From Parcubacteria bacterium GBS-2 (GTDB taxonomy: Bacteria; Patescibacteriota; Minisyncoccia; Minisyncoccales; GBS-2): 64,000 bases of DNA. Within the stretch, counting starts at the first letter, position 1; every line of letters begins with the position of its first letter. Positions 63,545 to 64,000 of this stretch are shown here, in pieces. Made by a program: the position numbers and the translations under genes. The stretch covers positions 97,889-161,888 of the forward strand of contig LEKP01000001.1 of NCBI GenBank assembly GCA_001443025.1. The letters are read 5' to 3'. The notes beneath the pieces are model-generated. The model was not told where the DNA came from. It ran no database searches and was given only the letters and a program-made list of their open reading frames with translations.

Positions 63545-63760
63545 ATGATTAATCAAAAGAAAATAATAAAAAAAGGAAGGGTGATTGAGAGTTTGCCAAA
63601 CGCAAATTTTAAGATTTTACTGGAAGACGGAAAAGAGATTTTATGTCACGTTGCAGGTAAATTAAGAATGTATAAAATAAAAATACTTCCCGGAGATGAA
63701 GTTGAAGTAGAAATTTCTCCGTACGATGAGAAGAGGGGGAGAATAATCAAGAGAAAATAA
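63545..63760 (+). CDS. infA: translation initiation factor IF-1
   Basis: [46 protein letters not shown]. Confidence 0.95.
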   Translation: MINQKKIIKKGRVIESLPNANFKILLEDGKEILCHVAGKLRMYKIKILPGDEVEVEISPYDEKRGRIIKRK

Positions 63761-63761
63761 A

Positions 63762-63875
63762 ATGAAAGTAAGACCATCGGTAAAAAAAATTTGTAAAAAA
63801 TGTAAGATCGTCAAAAGGAAAGGACGAGTTTATGTAATTTGTGAAAATCCAAAGCACAAACAGAGACAAGGATGA
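63762..63875 (+). CDS. rpmJ: 50S ribosomal protein L36 (37 aa, absent from the ORF track)
   Basis: Own translation: [37 protein letters not shown]. Confidence 0.93.
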   Translation: MKVRPSVKKICKKCKIVKRKGRVYVICENPKHKQRQG

Positions 63876-63888
63876 AAAATGAGTAATG

Positions 63889-63993
63889 AGTAATTAGTTT
63901 ATGAGTAGATGAGAGATTGATGAATAAATAGAGTAATGGGAATTTTACCATCTACTAAAAGTCGCTTCGCGATCACACTCATAACTAATTACT
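63889..63993 (+). other. ~105-nt structured spacer before the next ATG (63998): candidate r-protein operon leader
   Basis: Outer stem AGTAATTAGTT(T)ATGAGT (63889-63906) pairs with ACTCATAACTAATTACT (63977-63993). Inner stem AGATG/CATCT. Side hairpin GTCGC-TTC-GCGAT. Confidence 0.35.
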
Positions 63994-64000
63994 AAACATG

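Overview
AT-rich, very gene-dense bacterial window of about 75 protein genes and 2 tRNAs. Many genes overlap or are translationally coupled. Content points to a Patescibacteria/CPR-like organism: an S10-spc ribosomal operon with no L30 gene between S5 and L15, a shortened AlaRS, pilin-like and cohesin/dockerin surface proteins, and a DUF5679-type zinc ribbon. This lineage call is inference. Left to right: uvrA (partial), CIRCE-groESL, lemA-htpX, a PaaX/Cas2-fold gene bracketed by 34-bp palindromes, tRNA-Ser-mscS, and a ParB-like/ACT/glucosidase operon. Next come a six-gene minus-strand glycosyltransferase/kinase/phosphoesterase operon, dnaG-rpoD and tRNA-Asn. A secreted-protein cluster follows (dockerin-S8 protease, cohesin/TSP1-like anchor, transglutaminase-like protein), flanked by 40-bp direct repeats. 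Then a full-length reverse gyrase sits next to a Hel308-type helicase interrupted by a 521-aa LAGLIDADG intein. After that are decaying genes (a methyltransferase with an in-frame TGA, an internally deleted radical-SAM remnant), ppa, HD/Nudix, ComEC-MBL, a long adenylate-kinase paralog and a tail-fibre-like protein. The window ends with rpsL-rpsG-fusA-tuf-S10-spc-secY-adk-map, a 6.9-kb seven-gene block, then infA-rpmJ. Most notable: reverse gyrase plus the intein-bearing archaeal-type helicase in this host; the dockerin/cohesin surface module; several short palindromic/iteron repeat families in intergenic regions; and a recurrent -10 box 6-8 nt before ATG, suggesting leaderless mRNAs. No CRISPR array, rRNA, transposase or integrase was seen.
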